From positions 64,361 through 128,360 of IMG/VR virus record IMGVR_UViG_3300030376_007544: DNA of 64,000 nt. One strand, given 5' to 3'. Positions 47,033 to 56,200 of the stretch are shown one piece after another. Within the stretch, counting starts at the first letter, position 1, and every line of letters begins with the position of its first letter. The notes below the pieces were generated by a model. It searched no databases and had not been told where the DNA came from. It worked only from the letters and a program-made list of their open reading frames with translations. Both the position numbers and the translations under genes were made by a program. The stretch is from a virus (lineage: Duplodnaviria > Caudoviricetes).

Positions 47033-48988
47033 TTAGCGGATTGGGCATGCCCCAGTAGCACACTCTGCTTCAAACTCTTCATCTGTCATAAACGTAGAGC
47101 CAGAAAGTTTTTCTCCAAGGGGAGTTGTGGACTCAAGCATTGCTTGATACTCCTTTAATGATAGTTCTCCCATTGGCGCTTGATCAAAGCCATGCTCAGA
47201 GTGTAGTAAGAAAGAAACTGATTTCATTTCGTTCCAATATTGAGCAAGATACTTTTGGATTTCTCCAAGTTCTTCCATTTTGTAATAAACAGTCACAGAG
47301 ATTGCATTGTCTGCCCAAACTTTTTGAAGGGCACGAACCAAGTCCATTTGATCAATCGCAGACATTTCTTCTGCTAAAATGGTTCCCTCAGGGAAAGCGC
47401 ACGGAAATTCAATTACCACTGTTCTGTCGTCTTCAGAACCATCAAAGTTTCTTAAAGGTTCAACGTAGAATCCTTTGCTTTTGCAATAATCGACTAAAAC
47501 ATCGGACGAAGCCATACGCATTCTTTTAACAAAGTATTGGCTAAACGCAGGGTGGACACCAGGCGTAACACCTGGTAGTAGGCTAAGTGTGCCTGATGGC
47601 TTTATGGTTGTAAGTCTGACCGACTCTGGCCAACCTCTTTTAGAGGACCATTGTGCATCAAACTCACGAAGAGCCACATACGCTGTATCTAGCCATTTAA
47701 TTTTATCCATTGCTTGGGTAACTCCTGTTATCCCTAAGCCTAGTCTCATATTTTGTGAAGTGATTCGATCTGAGGCTGGATCAAGGTAAGACAAAGCTGC
47801 TGTGGCTTTTTGTACCTTATAAAGAAGTTTTGCAACATCAATTAACTCTTCTGGTGAATCTATCATGGGTAAGTACAACTCAGACAAGTTGCATGACTCT
47901 CTGTTTGCCAGTGGAATTTCAGCGCATGGGTTTACACCAACTATTGAGTGATCTGGTCTTTCCTCTCCCATTCGACCATATGTCTTGGAGGCCTCAAGGT
48001 TGAAGAAACCATAAGGCTCCCCATTGCCCTTATATCCTTCCCAAATGAGATCAGGCATATCTTTCATCTGATCTGGGGAAACAAATACTGTGTTGTTTGA
48101 CATCGCACGCTCAATAGGAATATCGCCTAAGTCCCATCGCTTTGCCATTAAGTAAGACTCATCATCAAGGCTTCCTACAGCAATCTCTGCTGAACGGCGT
48201 ACGTTTCCAGCAACCACAATCGAACCGATGATGTTCATGCAGTCAAGGACTTCAACAGATGTCATTGTTCTACCAACGGCACCATCTAAAACCTTACAAA
48301 TTTTTTCAACACCAGAAATAAGAATATCAGGTCCAGACGCCGTGCCACCAAATGTCTTAATTGGTACCCCAGCAGGACGAACAAGGTGTGTAGCATAAGT
48401 CATCTTGCGTGGGTTGTCGTCATCTCCTAAGTAGCATTCGAAAACTTTGCGTATGAGTTCACCCCAACCTTCCCGTGTGTCAGGAACAATAAAGTCAGAG
48501 TCGTTTGCATCATGGTGCTCAACCCACGCTGGGCGAACAGTGCCTAATCTTTCAGGCTGATCACATGAAAACCCTACGCCACCACCAAGCATTAAGCGCT
48601 CAACAGACCACGAAAAGTCAGTTGGCTTTGATATGTCTACAAACCAGCAGTTTACTAAACTGTCACCACCAAGCCTTGAATTGTTTTCAGTGCCAAGCTG
48701 CCAAAGCATTCTCCCAGCAACACAACCCTTAAGGTTGAACATGTAGTCGTATAATCTAAGTGCTTCATCTTCTGTTAATTCTGCCCCAATGTTTTGTGCT
48801 CCATTAACAACACGCTGTACAGTTTCGTGCCACTCTTCTGTCCTTGTTATAATGTTTGAGTCACCATCAAATATTGGTCGAGCGTATGTGCGTTTGTATG
48901 TTACGTAACCAAGCCCATTGAATCCCCATGGTGGTAGTTTGTCTTCATATGATTTTGTATGGTCATCTGAAATTAGAAACGACTTCAT
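47033..48988 (-). CDS. nrdJ: Class II (adenosylcobalamin-dependent) ribonucleotide reductase, monomeric RTPR type
   Basis: YKRTYAR, GRMLWQLG, VVAGNVRRSA, NPCAEI, TTIKPSGT, C-terminal C..G.CPIR; promoter TTGACT-17-TAATGT at 49108-49136. Confidence 0.93.
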   Translation of the reverse strand: MKSFLISDDHTKSYEDKLPPWGFNGLGYVTYKRTYARPIFDGDSNIITRTEEWHETVQRVVNGAQNIGAELTEDEALRLYDYMFNLKGCVAGRMLWQLGTENNSRLGGDSLVNCWFVDISKPTDFSWSVERLMLGGGVGFSCDQPERLGTVRPAWVEHHDANDSDFIVPDTREGWGELIRKVFECYLGDDDNPRKMTYATHLVRPAGVPIKTFGGTASGPDILISGVEKICKVLDGAVGRTMTSVEVLDCMNIIGSIVVAGNVRRSAEIAVGSLDDESYLMAKRWDLGDIPIERAMSNNTVFVSPDQMKDMPDLIWEGYKGNGEPYGFFNLEASKTYGRMGEERPDHSIVGVNPCAEIPLANRESCNLSELYLPMIDSPEELIDVAKLLYKVQKATAALSYLDPASDRITSQNMRLGLGITGVTQAMDKIKWLDTAYVALREFDAQWSSKRGWPESVRLTTIKPSGTLSLLPGVTPGVHPAFSQYFVKRMRMASSDVLVDYCKSKGFYVEPLRNFDGSEDDRTVVIEFPCAFPEGTILAEEMSAIDQMDLVRALQKVWADNAISVTVYYKMEELGEIQKYLAQYWNEMKSVSFLLHSEHGFDQAPMGELSLKEYQAMLESTTPLGEKLSGSTFMTDEEFEAECATGACPIR

Positions 48989-49132
48989 TTGTTTATTACT
49001 CCTTGTAGTTGAAAGGGACAGCGACCCTTCGCTGTTACGTGATTAAGATGGTTCTTGTATTCTAAACGGGTCTACAATAAACCAAATGTCAAATTGTTAT
49101 GATTTTCACATTACCACAAGTGTGGCTGTAAG

Positions 49133-49849
49133 TCAAATTGAAAGATGTGCTAATTGTACTGCGAGCTCGGATCTGTTAGACAAAAGTAAAAAAATTCCTG
49201 CTGCTGGTATTTCAATATTTATTTTTGCCTCTCCTGTTTCTAGTATCTCTGTTGATATCAAACCAACGTCACACATCTTTCTAACAAAGTCTACAAACTC
49301 TAGTTTGTCTGTAAATATTGTTGAAATATAATTGAATGTAGAACCTATTGTATCATGCAACAAGCCTCTAGTCAATATGCAAAATAAAAGTTCCGCTGCT
49401 AAATCTTCCCAGTATCCAAATAGCGATAACGCTGATCTTGTTACGGGATTTCTAAATATCGACATGTCGTCTTCTGATCGTATTAATGCTCCTTCAAGAG
49501 CAAGATCATCTTCTTCTTGTAAGGCTAGATACAGAATAGCATTATCACTAATTTCAATCATGGTTAAGTTTTGTTTTTCATATTGACAATTCACTAAACA
49601 AAACTCACTTGCAACGGAAATTAAAGAACCAACTTGATCAAATGAATATTGGTCTTTTAAAGAGTTTATAACAGAATGTAAAACAATTGAAATGTCTAGT
49701 TTATCTCTTTCAAAGGAACCGTCTTCGTTTATTAAAAAGTGCAATAACTCAACGATACCTATTGACCAAAAATGTTCAATGGACTCCAAGACTTCAACGT
49801 CTTTCGTCGTCCACAATGGGAATGGGAAGTCCTCACCATTATTAATCAT
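49133..49849 (-). CDS. Hypothetical protein (start MINNG)
   Basis: TATAAT-6-ATG leaderless start; the longer ORF-track start runs through a terminator. Confidence 0.75.
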   Translation of the reverse strand: MINNGEDFPFPLWTTKDVEVLESIEHFWSIGIVELLHFLINEDGSFERDKLDISIVLHSVINSLKDQYSFDQVGSLISVASEFCLVNCQYEKQNLTMIEISDNAILYLALQEEDDLALEGALIRSEDDMSIFRNPVTRSALSLFGYWEDLAAELLFCILTRGLLHDTIGSTFNYISTIFTDKLEFVDFVRKMCDVGLISTEILETGEAKINIEIPAAGIFLLLSNRSELAVQLAHLSI

Positions 49850-49863
49850 ATGCCTATTATAGC

Positions 49864-49935
49864 AAAGACTCCCCCACCGAAGCAGGGGAGTCCTCCTCAG
49901 GGGATGCACCGCCAAGATGCGTGTAACGCAACGCT
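49864..49935 (-). ncRNA. Candidate ~70-nt small RNA between two terminators
   Basis: TAAGAT -10 at 49942-49947 just after the capsid terminator; own UUCG-loop hairpin at 49864-49894. Confidence 0.35.
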
Positions 49936-49954
49936 ACTCTTATCTTACACCAGG

Positions 49955-49984
49955 AAAAAGCCCCCACCCCGAAGGGTGAGGGCT
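49955..49984 (-). terminator. Intrinsic terminator after the major capsid gene
   Basis: AGCCCTCACCC-TTCG-GGGTGGGGGCT then TTTT. Confidence 0.85.
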
Positions 49985-50036
49985 AGATCTTTATTTCGTT
50001 AGGTCACTAAGACTTAACTCTTTATTCCGCTAGGGA

Positions 50037-51323
50037 TTAAGGAGCAGCGTCGAAGGTAACTTTCACGAAGGACTCTGGTCGCTTAACTGCGAGGGCGAGA
50101 CGCTCTTCAGCAAGAATCACAATTGCGTTTCTTACGAAGAAGTCTGAATGCTGTTCCGAAATTCGGATTGTAGCAGCCTCACGGTCATACAACTGAGCAC
50201 CTGTACCGAAGGCACCGATAAGAGCAGTACCAGAAGCGATAGCAGGAGTGTCAATGACTGGAATTCTCCAGACACGTGACTCTGCGCCACCAGCTACTGA
50301 CATAGCAAGTAGGTAGGTACCTTGTGAGTTTTTGGTAAGTTCAATGTCTTCCCAGTCATTTGGGTTAACAATGATACCAGTTGGCTCGTAGTACGCAAGG
50401 TATGCGAGCGTTGCGGCACGACGGATTGCATCGGCTTTGGTGTCTTTCACCGGAGTGGTAGCACCTGCGGACCATGAATACGTTTGAATGCCTGTAGTGT
50501 TTAGAATACCAGTGAGGTCTTCACCTGTACCAGCACCTGAGAGGATTTGGTTGTCCTCTGTTAAACGCAGACCGTAGAGAAGTTCGTTGTCAACGATTGA
50601 CCGCAGTTGCGGTTCGTCAGCAAGAACGTTACGGTGAGCAGCTTCCCAGTGAGCGATGGTCCGAACCGGAGCTTGCTCGCCAACGAAAGTAAACGTTGAG
50701 TGAGGTTTTGCACCGAATGCGCTGGACGCATATTCAGGAACAACAGAAGCGTTGTTCGTGAAACCGCTTTGACGGAAGTACTCAATAACTGCTGAGTTAG
50801 TGCTACGTGATGGGAAAAGATCCCGTACACGGCTTCTACGTTGTGCGATTGGGACAATTCCGTCACGCTCAACAGCACCGAAAGAACCAGGTGTTCCAGA
50901 TGGCAAACCAGAATAAATATCTTTTTGCTCAAGTGTTTTTGCCTGATAAGGTGCAACCATGTTAACACCGGCTTTACCGCCCTGTAGTGACTTAAATTCT
51001 GGGGAGTCAAGGAATGCTTCACCTACGGAACCGTAGTGATTTGCAACCTCAGCCTCAACGCCAGCAGCAACTTCAGCAGCGACTGACTTGTAGTCAGACT
51101 CTGATGACCATACTGATACGTCACGAAGGGTTTCCATGTCTTCAATAAGACCTTTGATCTCTTTGATCTGGGCCATATTACCTTGAAATGCAGATTTCTT
51201 TTCATCATCTGCAATGAGGGTTTCACCCTCGAACTGCATCGAATCAGCGATCTCTTGCTGCTCTCCCATTTTACTGGTTAAAGCAGTTTTGAGTTCGTTG
51301 AGCCGACTCTCATCAAAACTCAT
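50037..51323 (-). CDS. HK97-fold major capsid protein with N-terminal delta domain
   Basis: VRDLF, VRTIAHW, ED.QIL.G.G.G..L.GIL, F.RN...ILAEERL.LAV.RP..FV. Confidence 0.95.
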   Translation of the reverse strand: MSFDESRLNELKTALTSKMGEQQEIADSMQFEGETLIADDEKKSAFQGNMAQIKEIKGLIEDMETLRDVSVWSSESDYKSVAAEVAAGVEAEVANHYGSVGEAFLDSPEFKSLQGGKAGVNMVAPYQAKTLEQKDIYSGLPSGTPGSFGAVERDGIVPIAQRRSRVRDLFPSRSTNSAVIEYFRQSGFTNNASVVPEYASSAFGAKPHSTFTFVGEQAPVRTIAHWEAAHRNVLADEPQLRSIVDNELLYGLRLTEDNQILSGAGTGEDLTGILNTTGIQTYSWSAGATTPVKDTKADAIRRAATLAYLAYYEPTGIIVNPNDWEDIELTKNSQGTYLLAMSVAGGAESRVWRIPVIDTPAIASGTALIGAFGTGAQLYDREAATIRISEQHSDFFVRNAIVILAEERLALAVKRPESFVKVTFDAAP

Positions 51324-51409
51324 GTTCAGTCTCCTTAAGATTGAATATGTTTATTTGTCAATGATAGGCGACCCAACAATAAAAAAAATTATGTGGTGAG
51401 CACCAGTCA

Positions 51410-51452
51410 TTTATTATGCTAGCACTGATGTAAAGAAAATCACGGGAACTAT
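51410..51452 (-). promoter_or_regulatory. Candidate late promoter of the capsid gene
   Basis: Shares ATAGTTCC-N3-GATTT-N8-TCRGTGS-TAGYATAATAAA with 42893-42935. Confidence 0.65.
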
Positions 51453-51510
51453 TCCAATAATCTCTTACAGCCCTACACGTGTCTATTGTAGTGTATATAC
51501 CAGTATGTGA

Positions 51511-52335
51511 TCAACTGGTTGACGTTTTGGAAGTTTTTGCTCTCTTTTTCCAAGATTTAGGAATCAAATCAAGTTTGCCTAAAGCACGGGCACGTTTTAT
51601 AATGTGCTTCTTTGTCTTTTCTTTATCTTTCCCTAGCCCATAAGCCTGAATTGCATTGTTTAAATCCCCAACGTTTCTAATTGGATAAGATCCGTCAGGA
51701 AGCGCCCAACCTCGTTTAGCGTACTCTGTTCGACGTTTACGTGTATAGAACCTTTTCTGATCAAGGTTAGAAAATTTCCGTTGGGTTCCTTTAGACGTGG
51801 TATATTCATCGTTTTTGCCCGAAACAAGACCACCGCCTGGTAAGGCTTCAATTCCACGAGGACCACGCCCTCTTAAGTTTTCCCAAACCCTACGATTAGT
51901 CACAACTCGTCTAGCAGGACGTTGTGCTCTTAGTATCCTAGATCTACCTGCACCAGCATTGCTTTGTGCAGCATTACGTTCTTCTGGGGTTCCGCAGGGT
52001 GCCCAAACGCCTTGCTTGACTTGGTGTGCTCCTTCGCACCCAATCTTAGCTGCTGACATTTCGGCTTCTTCACGAGTGTTAAAAAATCCTTTTTTGGATT
52101 TAGATTTCAAAGACATAAAATCTAAAATTGACTTTTTCTTTTTTTGTTTTGCTTTCCATTCACGAAATGCTGGATTGCCAACTTCAATCAATTTTTGTAA
52201 ATCCCTATCAGATTCGCATGGGCCCCAAGCATCGTCTCCCACTTTATGCGCCCCAGAACATCCCAACATAGCTGACAGCTTTTCTGCCATTTCTTTAGTT
52301 GGTACTGTTTCGCCAGCAAGAGGATCTTTAGCCAT
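51511..52335 (-). CDS. Basic head-module protein with two GC.GAH...W.PC motifs (DUF3721-like) and an ALPDGSYPI domain (DUF6582-like)
   Basis: Motifs visible in the translation. Confidence 0.65.
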   Translation of the reverse strand: MAKDPLAGETVPTKEMAEKLSAMLGCSGAHKVGDDAWGPCESDRDLQKLIEVGNPAFREWKAKQKKKKSILDFMSLKSKSKKGFFNTREEAEMSAAKIGCEGAHQVKQGVWAPCGTPEERNAAQSNAGAGRSRILRAQRPARRVVTNRRVWENLRGRGPRGIEALPGGGLVSGKNDEYTTSKGTQRKFSNLDQKRFYTRKRRTEYAKRGWALPDGSYPIRNVGDLNNAIQAYGLGKDKEKTKKHIIKRARALGKLDLIPKSWKKRAKTSKTSTS

Positions 52336-52343
52336 TGTATGTC

Positions 52344-52988
52344 TTAATTGTTATCCATGCTTCGAAGTTGTTCTTCAAAATTTTTCACGGTAGTAGATTT
52401 TGGTTTAACCATAGTTAATATCTCATTATCGGGTTCTACAGCGTCTCCAATAACTTCCAAGAGTGAAACAACCATACTATTATCTTTGGTCTTTTCAATT
52501 GATCTAAGTATTCCGTATAGTGCTTTAATGTTAGCTATCTCGTCTTCTTCTGATAAAATCGTATCACCTAGGGAATCGTCACTAGGGGATTTAACAATAT
52601 TCATTGCTGTACGAAGTTTTGCTAATTGTGAATAATTGACAAGCTTTGGATAGTTTGTTGGAAATAGCACAATATAGTCTTTAATCTCATCTAATGGAGT
52701 GTTGTCTATCTCGGCTAGCATTAGTCGTTGCTTTGCATTAAAATCTTCAATGTCTTCTATGGCTGACTCGTAAGCGCTTTTGTCAATATCTATCATATTT
52801 GGAAAGTAACCCTTAAGACGAATCTCTGTATATAGAGGGGTGTTGTACCCAATAAGAACTCGCAGATCTTCTTCGAAGAGTTTTACGTCGTCGTCCCAGC
52901 CCATTTTGGACTTAAACTCAGCAGTTCTTAAATCCTCGTTTATGTTGGCAACTATTGTGTTGTCTGGTCCTAACATATAGAATGCCAT
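52344..52988 (-). CDS. Hypothetical protein
   Basis: TAATG coupling. Confidence 0.75.
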   Translation of the reverse strand: MAFYMLGPDNTIVANINEDLRTAEFKSKMGWDDDVKLFEEDLRVLIGYNTPLYTEIRLKGYFPNMIDIDKSAYESAIEDIEDFNAKQRLMLAEIDNTPLDEIKDYIVLFPTNYPKLVNYSQLAKLRTAMNIVKSPSDDSLGDTILSEEDEIANIKALYGILRSIEKTKDNSMVVSLLEVIGDAVEPDNEILTMVKPKSTTVKNFEEQLRSMDNN

Positions 52989-53275
52989 TACTCTTCACCC
53001 TCTTCGTCGAAATCAATATTCCCATCGCCTCGGATTTCGTTACCTTCTTTATCAACTTCATAAATAATCTGTAAATTAAAGGGATTATTAGGAGGAGTTA
53101 ATAGTTCCTCAAGAGTTTTTGGTTTCTTTTCTTTGAGGGCGTCCAAAAACAAAACTTGGAATGTTGGGTTAATGAGATCCGCTTCAAACTTGCCGTCTTC
53201 TATGGTAAGTGTGCCTTGAAACTTATGGTAGTCGGTTGCGTTTATGTCGAAATTATAAATGTTGTATTTTGTCAT
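52988..53275 (-). CDS. Small acidic hypothetical protein, possible partner/immunity protein of the upstream kinase
   Basis: Own leaderless promoter TTGATT-17-TAAAAT at 53282-53310; function is inference. Confidence 0.65.
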   Translation of the reverse strand: MTKYNIYNFDINATDYHKFQGTLTIEDGKFEADLINPTFQVLFLDALKEKKPKTLEELLTPPNNPFNLQIIYEVDKEGNEIRGDGNIDFDEEGEE

Positions 53276-53292
53276 ATTATTATTTTACCATT

Positions 53293-56200
53293 CTATGATG
53301 CCCGAATCAATACATTTAACAACTCTTCAGGGTCGGCTGTTGCAACATAGTTGTACCTGTTCATTACAGTTTCCAAAACCGACTCAAACTCGTATGATAT
53401 TTCTCCTGCCCGTGTAGCGCCACTACCCTCATTCTTAATATGAGCATCCCTAACGTTTTCAACTATAGTTTCAATTTCAGTATTGATAGAGTCATCGTTG
53501 TTAGCTTTAATAACTTTTTGAATGTTTTTAACAATAAGTATAGCTTCTTCACGTTGTTCTGGTGTTCCATTGGCTAAGTCTCGTAATACACCCGTTCCCG
53601 ACTGCAAATACGGATACGACTCGTCTTCAGGCTTATTCGCTAAAAATGCTTCCTGTAACCCCCCACGTACGGCTGCGTCCATGTTTTCTTTGTCTGACCG
53701 CTCTGGGGCCCACCATGAACCGAAATGATCATTTCTCGCTCCAAGGAACCCTCCACCCATGTCAATAGGATAAAGACCGCCTGTTTCTCCGTCACCGCCA
53801 CTCCACATATAGTTATTGTCGTGTCTGTCATGGTTGCCTATTATTGCGTCCAACAGGAACAGGCGAACTCCTGCCTCTGTTGCGGGTCTGTTGCTAACTA
53901 AGTTACCAGCATCATCTCTAGTGGGTAGAGCATCTATTGGTCTGTTTGGTCCGTCATTGAATCTTGTTGGGTTATTAACAGGATCTCCCCTACGCATATC
54001 GCTGTTTACTCTTACACCGCCCTCAAATAACATGTCTCCCAACTCAAACAGTATAGGTCGGCTTCCGTTGTCGCCCTGACCGCCGCCAGGCAAGCCACTC
54101 CTACCACGCATATTGTCAGGAACTTCTCCAGCAAAACGATGGTTTCCTACAGCAAATCCCATTCTTTCTGCAATTATGCCTCCTACTAATTCGTTTGGAC
54201 CCTCATTTGAAAACCAGCTTCTTCCGTGTACATATTTAAGACCAAGAATGGCACCTGTTTCTTTATCTTCATAAAGGTAGATTTTATTAACGCCACCACG
54301 CTGAGTTATGTATTTAAATCTTCCTTGTTCAGTAATGTTACCAGCTGTATCCGTTTTTTCCATGTTGTTTCTTATTACGTTCATCAAATGATCGTCTGGC
54401 ACTTCTGCAAGAGAGCCACCGTTTTTAACGAAGTCGTTGGACGCTTCTTGGGTGTCTAGCCCATTGGCTCCCACTTCTACTATGTGAGGACCTGAATGTC
54501 CTTCAGGTTTAAGCGCTGGAGTATAATCCTGTTTAAATCCATGCTGATCTGGGGCTAGGACTCGTTGCCCTTGCCCTGCTTTCTTCTCTAAGAAATCCTT
54601 AGGATTGCCATCTCTAACACGCTCATCTATTTCGTCTTGCGCAGGGAGCTCAACATCGCTGATATCCCAATCACCTTCCGAAAAGCCAAGGCTGTTGTCA
54701 AGATCGTCTTCGTTGTCATCATAAGCGTAACCCCGATAGCCTCTGCCGCTAATGAAAGCTTTCTCTATCTCACTCTCTGGTACCCCATCTGCCAACATTT
54801 CATCTTTTAGACTTTGGCGCTCACCGCTATCCATCTGATCATCTAACTCGCGATTTCTCATTACATTGAAGAGAGGTGTATTCCTCTTTCGACCTGTTTC
54901 AACTGATGGGTCCATGGCAAGGCTATAGTCATGCAAACTAGGTTGTTCTGAAGGATCTAGGTTTTGTGCTTCATTGAACATTTGCTCAACTCTATTTGCG
55001 GTAGAACTATCTCCAATAAGTATTCTAGCCTGTATAAGTCTTTGGTTATTAATTGGCTGACCGCTTGCCTTGAGGCGCTCATACTCTCTGTAGTTGTCAA
55101 GCAAAGTGCCTATTGGTCCATTAACGCCGTTCAGTGCCTCTATGTCGTATTCCTCTTCCCTGAAGCCCTGTCTTGGCCATATCCCCTGTCCGTCGTCAAT
55201 AGCATCAACATGTACACGATCAAGGCCTAGTCCACGATAGTACATTAATGCGTTATTGTTGAATGTGTCTCCAAAGTTGCCTTGCTTAAAGTTTACTGAC
55301 TGTCCGTCAATCGTCCTAGTTTGGTTAATGCCAAAGTGAGCGTGGTAGACAAAGGGTTCATCGTAACCGTCACCTTTGAGTTTAATCGATCTACGGTAGC
55401 CACCGTGTATCCAATGTCCATTGTTTATGTGATCGTCTACAAGATTTCCGTCTTCATCGTATATTCTGAATCTAAAGTTCCCTTCGGTGATAACACCCTC
55501 TATGTTTCCACTGCTATCTCTAAATACATCGATATCTTGACCGTGGTTAGTGATTGTCTTTTTGTACGTTTTACCGTTTATTACTACAGTTCCTGCGTCC
55601 ATTTCTTTCTTGTGAAGAAACATCTTTCGAAAGTGCTCTCTAACCCTATCGTCGTCTGGACTGCCGTCTGCCTTCTTCCAACTGTTCAGTTCATCCACAT
55701 CAACAGCATATGGTCGTTCGCTTCCATGGAGCTCTACTGATCTTTGGATAGCAGCTTCTTGTCGTTGCTTCAACTTCTCTTTACGTCTTTGTCTCCAATC
55801 GTAATTAAGAAGTGATCGTACAGCCGCCACAGGGCTAGATGGGGTATTTGCTACCGCTTGTTGTACAGCACCGGCTGGAGAATCGGGTTCTATGGTTTCA
55901 ATCTGGACAGAACTTGAATCCGCTATACCAGCGTTTCTTTGACGGAATGCTGCTTGATCTAGAATATCTATAGCATTATTTATCCTGCGTCGGTCATCAG
56001 GTGATGCCTCCCACCCACCAGGAATATCATCAGATATCTCTAACACGTCCATAAGTTTAGCTATTGCCTCATCCCTTTGTGCAGGGGTTATCTCATCTAT
56101 TTCGGCACGAGAAAGACCTTCAATGTCACTCGCAAACACAATCCTGTTATTGATTTGCTCCTGATTCATATCCCTACGACTTCTCATGTTTCTTCTATTT

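Noticed and set aside
8507-48988. Inteins or introns in polA or nrdJ, or stop-codon recoding
   Set aside because: Both genes are uninterrupted and of ordinary length with all motifs, and TAA, TAG and TGA all end genes at tight junctions.
48990-49110. Cobalamin riboswitch ahead of nrdJ
   Set aside because: Only a 7-bp hairpin (ACAGCGA/TCGCTGT) is visible, with no B12-box or core motifs that I can recognise; an Rfam search would settle it.
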